A DNA stretch of 63,454 nt, the filler included. It is 5 parts of 5 records of this genome, joined end to end, with 100 filler letters (N's around TTAATTAATTAA, not from the genome) between each part and the next. Parts side by side here need not be neighbours in the genome. Positions count along the whole stretch, not along the records: positions 1 to 17,535 come from SRR20825019_308; positions 17,636 to 34,606 come from SRR20825019_309; 3 more parts are not named here. One strand, written 5' to 3'. The notes beneath the pieces are model-generated. The model was not told the origin of the DNA and did no database searches. It saw only the letters and a list, made by a program, of their open reading frames with translations. Numbering within the stretch: position 1 is the stretch's first letter; the number at the start of each line of letters is the position of its first letter. Positions 10,768 to 21,018 of the stretch are shown here, piece after piece. The position numbers were made by a program, and so were the translations under genes.

Positions 10768-11469
10768 TTAAAAACTAATTCCACCCTTCCCTTTAGAGTT
10801 TGAATGTTTGTTTTTAAGTTCTGTAACGAATGATTTTCCAAATTTTTTGTTAGCTTCTAGTTCCCCTCCTTCATTTTTAGCTGCATACTTAAAACCTCTT
10901 GAGATAATATTTTCTTCAAAGTTATCTTTTTTTGTTTCTCCAGCTATCTGCTTAGGATTGATTAATTTATATAGTTGATAAATTGAGAATTTCTTAATTA
11001 TTTTTTTTAAATTTTTCTTAGATTCTATTGATATATGATGATATTGATCTTTAGGTAGATAAATATTTTCAAAGATAGATTTTATCTTAGGAGATTTTTT
11101 TTGCATCAAATAAAGACTTAAATCTTTAATTTGTTTTATAATCTTTTTCTCTCGTTCTTTAGTTAATTCTTTAATTGATGTCCTTTCCTTTGATTTAGAA
11201 TTTTTAATTTTATTTTTTAAAAACAAAATTAATTCTGCCTGAATATATTTTAAATCTAAATCATTTTTTAATTTAGCCAGAATTAAATCAAGCTCATTAT
11301 CAAATTCTGGATCTGATAGAAATTCATCCAGTAACTTACTATTTTCAGGATTATATGTTAATAACTCCATCTCAATTAGATACTGATCATTAAAATGATG
11401 ATTATCGATTGAATGAAGATTTTTTTTGTTATTTGAATCTTGTTTATTTTTACAAATGTCCTCCTTCAT
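10768..11469 (-). CDS. Conserved Rickettsiales-type hypothetical protein (DUF5394-like)
   Basis: FSIYQLYKLINPKQIAGETKK resembles a Rickettsia-conserved protein; family assignment is from recall and unverified. Confidence 0.6.
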   Translation of the reverse strand: MKEDICKNKQDSNNKKNLHSIDNHHFNDQYLIEMELLTYNPENSKLLDEFLSDPEFDNELDLILAKLKNDLDLKYIQAELILFLKNKIKNSKSKERTSIKELTKEREKKIIKQIKDLSLYLMQKKSPKIKSIFENIYLPKDQYHHISIESKKNLKKIIKKFSIYQLYKLINPKQIAGETKKDNFEENIISRGFKYAAKNEGGELEANKKFGKSFVTELKNKHSNSKGKGGISF

Positions 11470-11518
11470 ATAAAAAACTATTTTATAAATTCATATTATA
11501 TAAGTATTAATTACATAA

Positions 11519-12160
11519 TTAAAAATTTTCTTTTGAAGCGAAATAATTTTTATATGCAAAATCATAGTTAACTAAATTATCTAAATATATTTTTAAAAAA
11601 TCTGCTCTTTTATTTCTATAATCTATGTAGTAGGCATGTTCCCATACATCACAAGTAATTAATGGAAAATAACCATTTACAAAAGGAGGAGTTACATTTG
11701 AAGTGCTCATTATCTCTAAACCTCCTTTAGAGTTTATTACAAGCCAAACCCATCCACTTCCACATAAGCTAAGGCCGCAATTAATAAAAGCTTCTTTAAA
11801 ATTATCAATGGATCCAAATTCATTTTTAACTATATCTATAAAATCATGATCATTTATGCTATTACTAGAAATGCTATTCCAATAAAAACTATGATTCCAA
11901 ATTTGACTAGCATTATTAAAGATCTTTATTTCATCTTTAACTCCATGTGATTTAGTTATGATATCTTCAAGTGATGAACTACTATATTTAGAATTAGATT
12001 CAAGTAATTTATTTAACTTATTTACATAATCCATATGATGCTTTTCATAATGATATTCAAAGCTTTCTTTTGATAAGTAATCACCAAATTCATCTTTTGA
12101 ATATGGTAAACTTGGTAATATAAAAGGTTGTGATATTTGATTTGCTTCTTTTGAGTACAT
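11519..12160 (-). CDS. sodB: Fe-type superoxide dismutase
   Basis: YHYEKHH, FNNASQIWNHSFYW, GSGWVWL, CDVWEHAYY; start probably ATG 12160. Confidence 0.93.
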   Translation of the reverse strand: MYSKEANQISQPFILPSLPYSKDEFGDYLSKESFEYHYEKHHMDYVNKLNKLLESNSKYSSSSLEDIITKSHGVKDEIKIFNNASQIWNHSFYWNSISSNSINDHDFIDIVKNEFGSIDNFKEAFINCGLSLCGSGWVWLVINSKGGLEIMSTSNVTPPFVNGYFPLITCDVWEHAYYIDYRNKRADFLKIYLDNLVNYDFAYKNYFASKENF

Positions 12161-12189
12161 AGTAATAATAATTAATTTTGTAGAGTCTA

Positions 12190-13179
12190 TCAAAAATTAT
12201 TAAAAAAATCTAGCACTCTCTTGAATCTTAATAAAGTTTGATTACTTATTTTACCACAATATTCTGAAACTAATTTTTTTTCATGTAATGTTCCATGACA
12301 CATCAAAACTATATCACACCCTACCCTTAAAGATTCTTTAGCAGTTAAATACATATTATTTGATACTGCTTTCATACATATATCATCTGTTATTAGTAAA
12401 TTATTAAAATTAAGTTTATTTCTTATATAATTAATAACTGATCTAGATTTACTTGCAGGATTAATAATATCTAATGAATTATATATTATATGAGATATCA
12501 TACCTAAATTATATCCATAATCCTGTTTAAATACTTTAAAATCAGTATTTTCAAGCTCACTTAATGAATTTTCTACTATAGGTAATGAAATATGAGAATC
12601 AGAAGCTCTCCCATGACCTGGTATATGCTTAATTACACCAAGTATTTTAGCTTCGTTTATTGATTTTAATGCAATTTTCGATAATAGTTTGACTTTATCA
12701 ACTGAACTAGAAAAACATCTTTTTAATAAAAAATCATTAGTATTTTCATGAATTAAATCTAAAACTGGACTACAAACTATATTAATGCCAAATTCATCAT
12801 TTAATTCACTTGCTAAAGCTTTATATTCTTTTTTAATAATATGTAATGATGAATTACCAACAGAATCATATAAGTCACCCATTTTTTTTTGAGATAAATA
12901 ATTTTTTTTTGAAAGAGGCGGTTTAATTCTTTGTACTATTCCTCCTTCTTGATCAATTAGTATTGGTACATACCTATATTCAAAAAGATTTCTTAAATTT
13001 TTGATTAAAATTATTAATTTCTCCTTATTTAAACAATTTTTACCCATTAATATAAATCCTAAGGGATTTATTTCTTTATATAATTTTGCTTCTTCTTCTT
13101 TTAATATCTCACCTTCAACACCAATAATTAAAGGAGAACAATTTTGGCAATTAGCTATCTGACTTTTCTTTAGTAGCAT
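12190..13179 (-). CDS. nagZ: Beta-N-acetylhexosaminidase (GH3, NagZ-like)
   Basis: IDQEGGIVQR, KHIPGHG..DSH, ITDDICMKA. Confidence 0.88.
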   Translation of the reverse strand: MLLKKSQIANCQNCSPLIIGVEGEILKEEEAKLYKEINPLGFILMGKNCLNKEKLIILIKNLRNLFEYRYVPILIDQEGGIVQRIKPPLSKKNYLSQKKMGDLYDSVGNSSLHIIKKEYKALASELNDEFGINIVCSPVLDLIHENTNDFLLKRCFSSSVDKVKLLSKIALKSINEAKILGVIKHIPGHGRASDSHISLPIVENSLSELENTDFKVFKQDYGYNLGMISHIIYNSLDIINPASKSRSVINYIRNKLNFNNLLITDDICMKAVSNNMYLTAKESLRVGCDIVLMCHGTLHEKKLVSEYCGKISNQTLLRFKRVLDFFNNF

Positions 13180-14611
13180 TATAATTTCTGAATCTTGAGT
13201 GATTTATATCATAAAATAAAGGTATAGTACCTATAGGACCATTTCTATGTTTTGCAATTATAATATCCATTCTGTTATGAACATTAGCTAGCTCTTTTTG
13301 CCATTCATCATGTTTTGGTGAACCTTCAGCTGGTTCTCTCCTAGCTAAATAATAATCTTCTCTATATAAAAACATAACAATATCTGCATCTTGCTCAATG
13401 GACCCAGACTCTCTTAAATCAGATAATAGAGGCCTTTTATCTTCCCTTTGCTCTACAGCTCTTGAAAGCTGTGATAATGCTATTACTGGAATATTTAATT
13501 CTTTAGCAATAGCTTTTAATCCTTGAGTGATTTCAGATATCTCAAGTACTCTATTATCTGATTTACCTTGAGAAGGTCTTAACAACTGAAGATAATCAAT
13601 AAATAATATACCTAAATTATGTTTTCTTTTTAATCTTCTTGCTCTTGTTCTTAATGCAGAAATTGATAAAGCTGGAGTATCATCTATAAATAATGGAAAA
13701 CTAGATAATTTTTCAGCTTCTTCTCTTAATATGTTATATTGAGATTCATTAATTTTACCCGCTTTAAGCATAGAACTATTAAGTAAAGTTTGCATAGAAA
13801 TTATTCTCATAGCTAATTGTTCTGTAGACATTTCTAATGAAAATATTCCAACTGAAGGTACTTGACCTTCATTCAAATTATCTTTTTTATGCTTATCAAT
13901 ACAATAATTACATGCAGACATTGCAAGGTTAATTGCAAAAGCAGTTTTACCCATAGATGGTCTTCCAGCAATAATAACTAAGTCAGAATTATGTAATCCT
14001 GATAATTTTTCATCTAGTTTACTAAATCCAGTAGAAATTCCTGTAATAGATGATTGATTCTTCATAGCTAAATCTATAACATCAAGAGATGAAGATACTG
14101 TTGAAGAAATACTTACAAATCCTTTATTACTATCTTTGTCTTGAGATAAATCATATAAAGATGATTCAGCATTTTCAATTTGATCAACTGCAGATTCTAC
14201 AAGAGTTGAGTCATAAGCATTATTTACTATTTTTTCACCTAGATCTATTAATCGTCTTTTTTTAGCAAGGTCATATATGATATTCGCATAATCTAAAGGG
14301 TTAATAATTGCTGTTGCTAATGTCACTATTTTAGCTAAATACTCATTAGTTTCCTTTTCTACTGATATATCTTCATTTTTAAGCATATTCTTAATTGATA
14401 TAACATCAGCACTAAAACCTTTATCTAAAATTTTTATAATTGCACTATAAATATCCTTATGAAGACTTACATAAAAATGATCAGACTCAAGAAAATCAAT
14501 AATTTGATTTATTACCTCATTATTTATAAGTATAGCTCCAAGAAGCATTTGTTCTGCTTCAATATTTGATGGTACAGATCTCTGCTTTTCATCTTTAGTA
14601 TTATTATCCAT
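13151..14611 (-). CDS. dnaB: Replicative DNA helicase
   Basis: PSNIEAEQ, AGRPSMGKT, FSLEM, IDYLQL, SQLSRAVE, DLRESGSIEQDAD; no intein. Confidence 0.97.
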   Translation of the reverse strand: MDNNTKDEKQRSVPSNIEAEQMLLGAILINNEVINQIIDFLESDHFYVSLHKDIYSAIIKILDKGFSADVISIKNMLKNEDISVEKETNEYLAKIVTLATAIINPLDYANIIYDLAKKRRLIDLGEKIVNNAYDSTLVESAVDQIENAESSLYDLSQDKDSNKGFVSISSTVSSSLDVIDLAMKNQSSITGISTGFSKLDEKLSGLHNSDLVIIAGRPSMGKTAFAINLAMSACNYCIDKHKKDNLNEGQVPSVGIFSLEMSTEQLAMRIISMQTLLNSSMLKAGKINESQYNILREEAEKLSSFPLFIDDTPALSISALRTRARRLKRKHNLGILFIDYLQLLRPSQGKSDNRVLEISEITQGLKAIAKELNIPVIALSQLSRAVEQREDKRPLLSDLRESGSIEQDADIVMFLYREDYYLARREPAEGSPKHDEWQKELANVHNRMDIIIAKHRNGPIGTIPLFYDINHSRFRNYNATKEKSDS

Positions 14612-14615
14612 TTTA

Positions 14616-15083
14616 TTATCTAGATTTTACCTTCTTAGTCGAAGATAAGTTGTTTTTATTTATAGCTACATGTCCTTTAATTGCTTGATTTTGATTTATA
14701 GAAGTTTTTTTAAAAACCTCTATATTTTTATTTTCATTTAATTCATTTATATTTTCCTTCGTTTTATCATTATTTTTTGATTTAATATTTTCATTATTAG
14801 TTTTAATTTCTTTATTTACTATTTTGTTTTTACCTGTTTTAATTTTTTTTACTATTTTCTTAACAACTATTTTAGATCCATAAACTCCACAAGCTAAAGC
14901 AACTCCAAAAGCAGGGTTTATAGCAAGAGTACCTAAAGCAAATGATAAAATATAAGGATTTAAAACTGCCTTTTTTATTCTGTTATTATCACCAGTAAAT
15001 ACTCCAGAGCTAAAAGAATAGAGTTTTTTTGCTATATTAACTGTTTGGTTTTTTAAACCATTAGGACTAAAAATACTTACCAT
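14616..15083 (-). CDS. Hypothetical membrane-associated protein with Lys/Asn-rich tail
   Basis: Hydrophobic stretch YILSFALGTLAINPAFGVALACGVYG followed by a low-complexity basic tail. Confidence 0.6.
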   Translation of the reverse strand: MVSIFSPNGLKNQTVNIAKKLYSFSSGVFTGDNNRIKKAVLNPYILSFALGTLAINPAFGVALACGVYGSKIVVKKIVKKIKTGKNKIVNKEIKTNNENIKSKNNDKTKENINELNENKNIEVFKKTSINQNQAIKGHVAINKNNLSSTKKVKSR

Positions 15084-15119
15084 GTATTAAAATAATTATT
15101 TATAATTAATTAAAATAAT

Positions 15120-16520
15120 CTAAAAATTAATTGATCTTTTATCAACAGATAAGGCAGCTTCCTTAACAGCTTCATTAAGAGTAGGATGAGCATGACATAT
15201 TCTTGCTATATCCTCAGAAGAAGCACCAAATTCTATTGCTACAACAATTTCAGATATTAATGTTCCAGCCTCTGGACCAATTATATGTACCCCTAATATT
15301 CTATCTGTATCTTTACATGCTAAAAATTTAACTATACCATCAGTTGAACCTATAACTCGTGCCCTACTATTAGCAAGAAAAGGAAATTTACCAACCTTAT
15401 ATTCAATATTATCTTTTTTTAATTCATCTTCAGTTTTTCCAACGTAAGCTAGCTCAGGATGTGTATAAACTACACTTGGTATATTTGAATAATTTACATG
15501 TCCAGCCTGTCCTGCTATAATTTCAATAGCTGCTACAGCCTCTTCTTCCGCTTTATGTGCAAGCATTGGACCAACTTTTACATCTCCTACTGCATAAATA
15601 TTATCATGCTCTGTTTGAAACTTTTCATTTACATTAATATATCCAGCTTTATCTTTTGATAATTTAAAATTATTACTAAATAAATTTTCAGTAAATGGTT
15701 TTCTTCCTGTAGAAATTAAAACTTTATCAGCCTTTTTTGTAAGTATACTCCCATCATTCTTGTTTTCTAATATAAGATTTAGATGATTTTTCTCTTTTTC
15801 TATTGATTTAAGCATAGTATTAAAGCTAAATTTAATTCCTTCTTTTACTAAAATATCTTGAAATTTCTTTGCAATTTCTGAATCTGCACTAGGAATTATC
15901 CTATCTAGATATTCTACAACTTCAACATCTGAGCCAAGTCTATTCCACACAGATCCAAGTTCAAGACCAATAAATCCAGCACCAACTATGATTAATTTTT
16001 TTGGAATATCTTTAAATTCTAATGCTCCAGTTGATGAAACTATTTTTTCTTCATCAATATCTATTAGTGGTAATTTTGAGGGTATAGATCCTGTAGCTAT
16101 TAAAATATTTTTTGCTTTTTTAACAATAACTTCTTTATCATTTTCAATTTCTACTGAATATTGATCTTTAATTTTAGCAGTACCAATTATCCTTTCTACT
16201 TTGTTTTTTGAAAATAATGCGCTTATACCTTGAGTTAATCCAGAAACTATATTTTTTTTCCTATCCATCATTTTAGATATGTTAAATTTAGCTTTGCAGT
16301 CAATTCCTAAACTGGGAAATTCATTATTTGCTTGACTATATTTACTACTTATATCCAATAAAACTTTTGATGGTATGCAGCCCACATTCAAACAAGTACC
16401 TCCAAGTTCTTTTCTTTTATCAATACAAAGAACTTTCATTTTTAATTGAGATGCTCTTATGCATGCAGTATATCCAGCTGGACCTGCCCCAATTACAATT
16501 AGATCGTAATCAAATTTCAT
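15120..16520 (-). CDS. lpdA: Dihydrolipoyl dehydrogenase
   Basis: GAGPAGY, GGTCLNVGCIPSK, GPMLAHKA, HAHPTLNE. Confidence 0.97.
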   Translation of the reverse strand: MKFDYDLIVIGAGPAGYTACIRASQLKMKVLCIDKRKELGGTCLNVGCIPSKVLLDISSKYSQANNEFPSLGIDCKAKFNISKMMDRKKNIVSGLTQGISALFSKNKVERIIGTAKIKDQYSVEIENDKEVIVKKAKNILIATGSIPSKLPLIDIDEEKIVSSTGALEFKDIPKKLIIVGAGFIGLELGSVWNRLGSDVEVVEYLDRIIPSADSEIAKKFQDILVKEGIKFSFNTMLKSIEKEKNHLNLILENKNDGSILTKKADKVLISTGRKPFTENLFSNNFKLSKDKAGYINVNEKFQTEHDNIYAVGDVKVGPMLAHKAEEEAVAAIEIIAGQAGHVNYSNIPSVVYTHPELAYVGKTEDELKKDNIEYKVGKFPFLANSRARVIGSTDGIVKFLACKDTDRILGVHIIGPEAGTLISEIVVAIEFGASSEDIARICHAHPTLNEAVKEAALSVDKRSINF

Positions 16521-16672
16521 AATATTCAGAATTAATTTTGATATAAATTATCACAAAATACATATTTCTACCACTAATTTATTTAAATATTTAAAAGAAT
16601 ATACTTATTTCATTTGGTATAGAAATTATAAATTAAATTTGAGTAACAGAAGAACAGTAAAAATCAAAATTA

Positions 16673-17533
16673 TTATTCTTCATAATTTGAATTACCAATT
16701 ACTTCAATTATATTATTATGTTCATAATTAGAATCAGGATATTGGTAATTATAAATCTCTTTTTCAATATTTGAGCTTAATTTGAGTATTTTATTAATTT
16801 CATCATTATAAAATTCTAGGCTACCAGAATTATTATTAGAATTTTCTAAAGATATAATAGTATCATACGCTACATATAAATCATCAAATATTTTTTTAAT
16901 AGTTTCTTTGTTGGTAAAGCCTTCCTGTATAAAGTTAAAAAAATATTGTTCACAGAAAATTTGGTATATTTTATTAATAATATTTTCTATTTCATTATTT
17001 TTAAAATGTGAATTTTGTATTAAGTCAATTATTAACTTACTGAGTTGATACTTACTATATAAGTTAAAATTCGAAGGATCTTTTAAATTGTTTTTTTCGA
17101 ATTCAAGAAATGCAGTTTTAAATAATTTTATAGCATCAGCTTTACAATCATTTTTAATTTGAATAAGCCCATTTAAAGTCATAGCAATATTATAATATAG
17201 GCTATCCTCAGCAATTATTTTTGCATATCCCAATGATTCTTCGTATTCAAATAGAAAAAATTTTGTTATCGATAAGTAAGTAAAACTTTCTAAAATATTT
17301 TCACGATTTACTTTGCATCCTAGAATATGATAGCAAGTTTTTAATGCATTATTTAGTTCTTTAGAACTGTATAGTACCTTAATTTTTTGGATATGATTTT
17401 TAGTATCAAGATTAGCTAACTTTATAGCATTTTCTATAGATTCTTTTGCTTTTTCAATTTGTCCGTCCTTTAATAAAAGCTGAGAATACCTATAAAAATG
17501 ATAAGAATTATTGTCTTTAAATCTATTAAACAT
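16673..17533 (-). CDS. TPR-like helical repeat protein, probably 5'-truncated by the contig end
   Basis: TPR-like helices (GQIEKAKESIENAIKL, EYEESLGY, ADAIKLFK); ORF runs to the contig edge at 17535. Confidence 0.55.
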   Translation of the reverse strand: MFNRFKDNNSYHFYRYSQLLLKDGQIEKAKESIENAIKLANLDTKNHIQKIKVLYSSKELNNALKTCYHILGCKVNRENILESFTYLSITKFFLFEYEESLGYAKIIAEDSLYYNIAMTLNGLIQIKNDCKADAIKLFKTAFLEFEKNNLKDPSNFNLYSKYQLSKLIIDLIQNSHFKNNEIENIINKIYQIFCEQYFFNFIQEGFTNKETIKKIFDDLYVAYDTIISLENSNNNSGSLEFYNDEINKILKLSSNIEKEIYNYQYPDSNYEHNNIIEVIGNSNYEE

Positions 17534-17535
17534 CT

Positions 17536-17635
17536 NNNNNNNNNNNNNNNNNNNNNNNNNNNNNNNNNNNNNNNNNNNNTTAATTAATTAANNNNNNNNN
17601 NNNNNNNNNNNNNNNNNNNNNNNNNNNNNNNNNNN
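17536..17635. other. Artificial contig linker
   Basis: 100 nt of N-run + TTAATTAATTAA + N-run; abrupt AT-rich to GC-rich shift across it. Confidence 0.98.
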
Positions 17636-17996
17636 CGATCGCCTGCTTGCCGAGAATGACCAGTTGCGGCGCCTCTTCCTCGGCCACCGCCTTCAGGAGC
17701 TTGGCGACCGCAAGCGGCTCCACGGTCTCGTCGGTCATAATCAGGATGGCACGGTCGGCGCCCATGGCAAGCGCCGTGCGCAGCGTCTCTTCCGCCTTGG
17801 CCGGGCCGATCGAGACGGCAATCACTTCGCTGGCCTTGCCGGCTTCCTTCAGCCGCAGCGCCTCTTCCACCGCAATCTCGTCGAACGGGTTCATCGACAT
17901 CTTGACATTGGCAAGCTCGACGCCGCTGCCATCCGCCTTGACGCGGATCTTGACGTTGTAATCGACAACCCGTTTCACCGGGACCAGAATTTTCAT
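17636..17996 (-). CDS. etfB: Electron transfer flavoprotein beta subunit (3'-truncated)
   Basis: [44 protein letters not shown]. Confidence 0.95.
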
Positions 17997-18185
17997 GCTT
18001 ATCCTCCAAGCTCAGGGCCGTTTCCGGCCAAACGCGCAAATGTTTTCGCCGGAACCGCACCCGGCATCATGCCAAGGACCATGCTGCCTTTGCGGTGCGG
18101 TCGCTTGCCAATCGGCGACATGGATAGTTTGTTTTCCCGCCTTACGCAAAAAAACATCGGTTCAATTTAGCCCAAATCGCAGAAA

Positions 18186-18752
18186 TCAGCGGTTTTTTCC
18201 AGGCACCCACAGGACATCGCGTTCGCCCTTGCCATTGGCATGGCGGGCAGCGACGAACAGCAGATCGGAGAGGCGGTTGATATAATGCAATGCCGGTTCC
18301 GAGACGGCCTCCGTTTCCGCAAGCCGCGTCATCGCCCGTTCCGCGCGCCGGCAAACCGTGCGTGCCATGTGGAGATGTGCCGCAAGCGCGCTGCCGCCCG
18401 GCAGGATGAACGAGGTCAGGGGCGAAAGCGCTCCGTTCAGGCGGTCGATCTCGGCTTCCAGCCACGCCACCTGCCCGGCGACGATCCTGAGCGGCTCGTA
18501 GGACAGCGCCGCCCCGGTATCCGGCGTCGCCAGGTCCGCGCCGAGATCGAACAGATCGTTCTGGATGCGGGCGAGCGCTGCGTCATATTCGCCGGCCTCC
18601 TGCAGCCGCGCGAGGCCGATGGCGGCATTGGTCTCGTCGACATCGCCGATCGCCGCCATCCGGACATCGGCTTTTCTGCGGCGCGGGCCGGTTGCAAGCC
18701 CGGTGGTGCCGTCATCGCCGGTGCGGGTGTAGATCTTGTTCAGTTTGACCAT
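18186..18752 (-). CDS. Cob(I)alamin adenosyltransferase (PduO type)
   Basis: KIYTRTGDDGTT, GDVDETN, QNDLFDLGADL, ARTVCRRAER, YINRLSDLLF. Confidence 0.95.
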   Translation of the reverse strand: MVKLNKIYTRTGDDGTTGLATGPRRRKADVRMAAIGDVDETNAAIGLARLQEAGEYDAALARIQNDLFDLGADLATPDTGAALSYEPLRIVAGQVAWLEAEIDRLNGALSPLTSFILPGGSALAAHLHMARTVCRRAERAMTRLAETEAVSEPALHYINRLSDLLFVAARHANGKGERDVLWVPGKNR

Positions 18753-18849
18753 GTTTTCCGTCGCAGTCCTTTTCAGTCGGGCGCAATTGAGCGAGGCCGG
18801 TTGTCAAACGCCAGGTTTCGACAACTGACGCAGGATTTTCCGGGCCCGA

Positions 18850-19047
18850 TCAATGGCCGGATTGCATCAGCCAGAGGGTGATCATGATGAGGATGATGGC
18901 GAGCGCCTGGAACGCGACGCGGGCCTGCATCATCTTGTTGGAATGATGCGGGTTGCCGCCAAGCATCATGCTGATGAGGCCCCGCGCCAGAAAGAACACC
19001 ACCAGCAGCATCACGATGACAGTGGCGAAAACGAATACCGTGGACAT
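18850..19047 (-). CDS. Twin-transmembrane-helix small protein (HIG1 family)
   Basis: Two TM helices around SNKMMQARVAFQ; usual neighbour of the adenosyltransferase in alphaproteobacteria. Confidence 0.85.
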   Translation of the reverse strand: MSTVFVFATVIVMLLVVFFLARGLISMMLGGNPHHSNKMMQARVAFQALAIILIMITLWLMQSGH

Positions 19048-19182
19048 TTTTTCTCCTCGAAAACGGCGGCATCAGACGACAAATCCGCCGCGCATGCAAG
19101 CGTCCGCTCGGCTTGACCCGAGCGCGCCCCGCAACAGCGGTGCGGTGTCGGGGCTGAAAGCGACCAGACGAACCGGTTTGCC

Positions 19183-20016
19183 TCAGCTCAAACGCCCCAT
19201 CAGCCGGTAGAACCAGTCGGCGGGCATGATGCGCTTCAACACCATGCCCTGCTTCGCCGGCGTCGTGACCGGATAATGCGGGCGCGGCCTTCCGGCCGTC
19301 AGTGCTTTCAGCAAAACGGCATGGACGGCATCCGGTTCCAGCCTGCTCTTGTTGGGTGGTCCCGACCCATCCAGGCGGGCAAGCTGTTTTTCGTACTCGA
19401 CCGCGTGGTGGGAGCCCTTGAGGTCGATATGATCATGGATGTGCTTCAGCGCATTGGCGGTAAAGCGCGATGCGATCGGGCCGGGCTCGATCAGGCTCAC
19501 GAAAATGCCGGTGCCCTCCAGTTCCATACGCAGCGTCAGCGACATCGCCTCCAGCGCATATTTCGATGCCGAATACGGCCCGCGATAGCGGTAGGGCAAC
19601 AGGCCGAGGATCGAAGAGCACTGCACGATACGGCCATGGCCCTGAGCGCGCATATAGGGCAGGACCTGCCGCGTCAGTTCGTGCCAGCCGAAGAAATTGG
19701 CCTCGAACTGGGCGCGCAGTACATCGGTCGCGACATCCTCCACGGCCCCCGGCTGGCCATAGGCGCCATTGTTGAACAGCGCATCGATCCGCCCTCCGGT
19801 ACGGTCGGCGACGGCCTCGACCAGCGCGGTGATCGAAGCCTCGTCGGTATAATCGAGGTAGAACGCCTCCAGCCCGTCGGCTTCAAGACCCGCGATATCG
19901 GCCGGCTTGCGCGCCGTGGCGAACACCCGCCAGCCATCCCTTGCAAGCGCGCGGGCGCAATAGGCGCCGATCCCGCTGGAACAGCCGGTGACGATAATCG
20001 TGGATTGCTCGGCCAA
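19183..20016 (-). CDS. Short-chain dehydrogenase/reductase
   Basis: TGCSSGIG, NNGAYG, YSASK; probable TTG start at 20016 with GGAG upstream; the longer 543-aa ORF is an antisense extension into yihY. Confidence 0.92.
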   Translation of the reverse strand: MAEQSTIIVTGCSSGIGAYCARALARDGWRVFATARKPADIAGLEADGLEAFYLDYTDEASITALVEAVADRTGGRIDALFNNGAYGQPGAVEDVATDVLRAQFEANFFGWHELTRQVLPYMRAQGHGRIVQCSSILGLLPYRYRGPYSASKYALEAMSLTLRMELEGTGIFVSLIEPGPIASRFTANALKHIHDHIDLKGSHHAVEYEKQLARLDGSGPPNKSRLEPDAVHAVLLKALTAGRPRPHYPVTTPAKQGMVLKRIMPADWFYRLMGRLS

Positions 20017-20103
20017 GATGATACTCCGGTACACGAATTCATTGATCTTCCTATATAAGGATCGCAGCCGACCGCGAAAGCGGCAACGCCTTTTGGAGCC
20101 AGA

Positions 20104-21018
20104 ATGAGAAAGCCGATCCGCACGACGTTCAAGGTGGCTTATGACGCGCTCTACCACTTCAGCGAGGACGACGGCTGGGCGATGGCGAGCCATGTGGCGT
20201 TGTCGACGCTGCTTGCGCTGTTTCCCTTCCTGATCTTCGGCACCGCGCTTGCGGGGTTTCTGGGCGCCGACCAGTTTGCCGATATCGCGATCAACACCAT
20301 CGTCGGTGCTTGGCCGAAGGAGATCGCAGAGCCCGTTTCCAACCAGATCCGCCAGGTGCTGACGGTGCCGCGCGGCGGCCTTCTGACGGTCTCGGTGCTG
20401 GCCGCCGCCTATTTCGCCTCGAACGGCGTCGAGGCCGTGCGGCTGTCGCTGAACCGCGCCTACAGGGTGGAGGAAACCCGAACCTGGTGGTGGCTCAGGA
20501 TCAGGAGCCTCGGCTTTGTGCTGTTGGCGTCGATCATCTTCGCGTTCCTGAGCATCATGTTCGTGGTCGTGCCGCTGGCGCTTCACTTTGCCGAGCGCTG
20601 GTTCCCCTGGCTTGAAAACGGATTGACGACGCTCGCCAACGCCCGGCTTGTCGGCACTTTCCTGCTGTTGATGTTCGGCCTGGTGATCGCCCATCTGTTT
20701 CTGGCGGCCGGTCGTCGTCGGCTGGTCGATGTGCTTCCCGGCATCATCCTGACGCTGATCTTCTGGGCGGTCTTCGCCTCCGGCTTCGCCTATTATCTCG
20801 GCACCTTCGCGCAATACAGCGCCACCTATGCCGGGCTTGCGACGCCGATGATCCTGCTGGTGTTTCTCTATTCGATCGGCGTGATCCTGCTTTTAGGCGC
20901 GGAGGTGAATGCGGCGCTCCTGAAATACAAGGTGATCAAGCACGCGCCCTGGAGCCGCCACCGCTCGCGCAGAGCCAAGCATTCAGATCCCGCAAAGGAC
21001 ACGAATATCAGCCCGTGA
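20104..21018 (+). CDS. YihY/virulence factor BrkB family membrane protein
   Basis: DDGWAMASHVA, LALFPFLI, LNRAY, YSATYAGL, LLLGAEVNA. Confidence 0.9.
   Translation: MRKPIRTTFKVAYDALYHFSEDDGWAMASHVALSTLLALFPFLIFGTALAGFLGADQFADIAINTIVGAWPKEIAEPVSNQIRQVLTVPRGGLLTVSVLAAAYFASNGVEAVRLSLNRAYRVEETRTWWWLRIRSLGFVLLASIIFAFLSIMFVVVPLALHFAERWFPWLENGLTTLANARLVGTFLLLMFGLVIAHLFLAAGRRRLVDVLPGIILTLIFWAVFASGFAYYLGTFAQYSATYAGLATPMILLVFLYSIGVILLLGAEVNAALLKYKVIKHAPWSRHRSRRAKHSDPAKDTNISP

Noticed and set aside
13151..14611. Intein in dnaB
   Set aside because: The length is normal and the helicase motifs are contiguous.
17580..17591. TTAATTAATTAA palindromic repeat recurring four times (possible att site or CRISPR repeat)
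   Set aside because: It is always centred in N-runs and places stop codons in all six frames, so it is a synthetic spacer. ORFs ending in XXX-LIN are artefacts of it.
19183..20814. 543-aa SDR with a long novel N-terminal domain
   Set aside because: The extension is antisense to yihY, and an RBS with TTG at 20016 gives a normal-length SDR. The 885-aa (27408) and 391-aa (62099) ORFs are over-extended in the same way.
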